From: the human T2T-CHM13v2.0 reference genome, Homo sapiens
Assembly: GCF_009914755.1 (NCBI RefSeq)
Contig: NC_060928.1
Reading direction: 5' to 3' (one strand)
Length of the DNA: 64,000 nt
Below the pieces are notes generated by a model. It was not told the origin of the DNA, ran no database searches, and worked only from the letters and a program-made list of their open reading frames with translations. The position numbers were made by a program, and so were the translations under genes. Within the stretch, counting starts at the first letter, position 1. Each line of letters begins with the position of its first letter. This document shows positions 62,455 to 64,000 of this stretch, one piece after another.

Positions 62455-63571
62455 GAGTTCCAAAGAAAAACAGAAACAGGTTAAAAAAATTAAATATAAT
62501 GGCTAAGAATTTTCCAAAATTAATGAATGACAAAAAGTTGCAGATCTAAGAAGCCCAGAGTCCCAAGAATACCTCTCTCCTTAAAAAAAAAATGAATCTA
62601 GATACATCACAATCAAACTGCTGAAAACTGAAGATAAAATATATTGAAGTCAGTGACAAAAAAGGAAACATTACGTGCAGAGGGATAATACATATCACAC
62701 AATGATACAAATCAAAAATTACGTAAGGCATAAGACAAGGTACTGACATCTTTAAAATACCAAGAGAAAAAACCTGACAACTCAGAATTTTATGTCTGGT
62801 AAAAATACCTTTAAAAAATGAAGGTAAAATAAAGACCTTCAGACAAACAAAAGCTGAGAATTTATTGCCCATAAACCTGTGTTACAAGAAATATAAAGGA
62901 AGTTCTTCAGGCAGAAGGAAGATATCAAGTGGAAATTAGGATACACACATACAAAAATAAAGAAGCTGGAAATGAAATAATAAAGGTAAATATTAAATTA
63001 TATTTCTTACTTTAATCACTTTTACATAGTATATAGGATATGCATACTTTTTTAAAAAGCTAGCTTGATACATAAAAAACTTTAGAAAAATATACAGCAA
63101 AATTTTAACTGATCTTTTTTCTAAGTGGAAGGATTACAAATTATTTCATTTTAATCTTGATGCTGATTTGCATTTAAAAATTTTTCTACAATGAACCTAT
63201 ATTACATTTTATGCTAAAAAGTGTAATTTTATTCTTATATTTTGTTTATATTATACAGATTTCAAGAGCTGCGGGGTTATAGAAATTTTATAAGCTAATT
63301 GTTAAAGGAAATAATAACTAGAAAATGAATTTTCTGTTATGAAAACTTTCTCTACTTTTTATGTCTTACCATATGGGAAAAAAGAAGAGACACTAAAAAG
63401 GCAAGAAGAGCTGTTTTCTCTGATGCATAAACCAATAATAATAGATTGAATTCTTTAGAACATGAATAACGATTGAATAAAAACCTTTTATAAGTACTGT
63501 TGATTACTGGGTGACGCCCTGGAGCTACAGCCATACACTTTCCTTGAAAGTCTCTTTATTTTAAGAAAATG

Positions 63572-63745
63572 TTAGCCGGGCGTGGTGGCGGGCGCCTGTA
63601 GTCCCACCTACTCGGGAGGCTGAGGCAGGAGAATGGCGTGAACCCGGGAGGCGGAGCTTGCAGTGAGCCGGATCGCGCCACTGCACTCCAGCCTGGGAGA
63701 CAGAGCAAGACTCCGTCTCAAAAAAAAAAAAAAGAAAGAAAGAAA
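63572..63745 (+). mobile_element. AluY right arm (5'-truncated)
   Basis: ttagccgggcgtggtggcgggcgcc...ggcggagcttgcagtgagc; TSD aagaaaatgt. Confidence 0.9.
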
Positions 63746-64000
63746 GAAAATGTCCAGTGTAGATTAAAAGATTACTCTACATAGCCTAGAAAGAGAACCA
63801 GGAATCGATAATATCTAAATATTAGTGAGAATGGTATCTACTTGCATCAAAAGATCTTTGTAAAATTTAACCTTGCTTTAACTTCTACATAAATATTTAA
63901 ATGTTGCATAAAAACTAGCTAGGTTTTCTCCTTAGCTTTGGTAGTAAAGTAGCATTTTACTAAAGAAAGAATAATTTAGTGCAAACATATACTGTTCTTC

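Larger units (their letters stand above)
60220..62990 (+). mobile_element. Ancient L1M 5' region/ORF1 remnant (hosts MER85 and an AluJ)
   Basis: ORF1-like motifs gatgggttcatt..agtctagacataactgaggaaagaattagtaaacttgaagat and tgaaggtaaaataaagaccttcagacaaacaaaagctgagaattt. Confidence 0.7.

Overview
Human (or near-identical great-ape) genomic DNA, repeat-rich (Alu, L1, L2/MIR, MaLR/ERVL LTRs, hAT and piggyBac MITEs). The only protein-coding content is the 3' part of SCD5 (stearoyl-CoA desaturase 5) on the minus strand: alternative terminal exon 4B (58279-58078 coding, 256-aa isoform), exon 4 (34008-33776), and exon 5 (28696-28506 coding) with a ~1.8 kb Alu-containing 3' UTR ending near an AATAAA at 26732-26737. 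Downstream of SCD5, splice and polyA signals suggest a minus-strand lncRNA that starts in one LTR and ends in another (position matches my recollection of LINC00575). The most unusual structures are a 216-bp chimeric segment built from two nearby donor sequences, an older ~105-bp local copy interrupting an L2, a 47-bp-arm hairpin, an inverted repeat bracketing a GATA microsatellite, a twin-primed 5'-inverted L1 and a MER85 piggyBac MITE. I found no convincing new protein-coding system. Repeat subfamily calls and most repeat boundaries are by eye and approximate.
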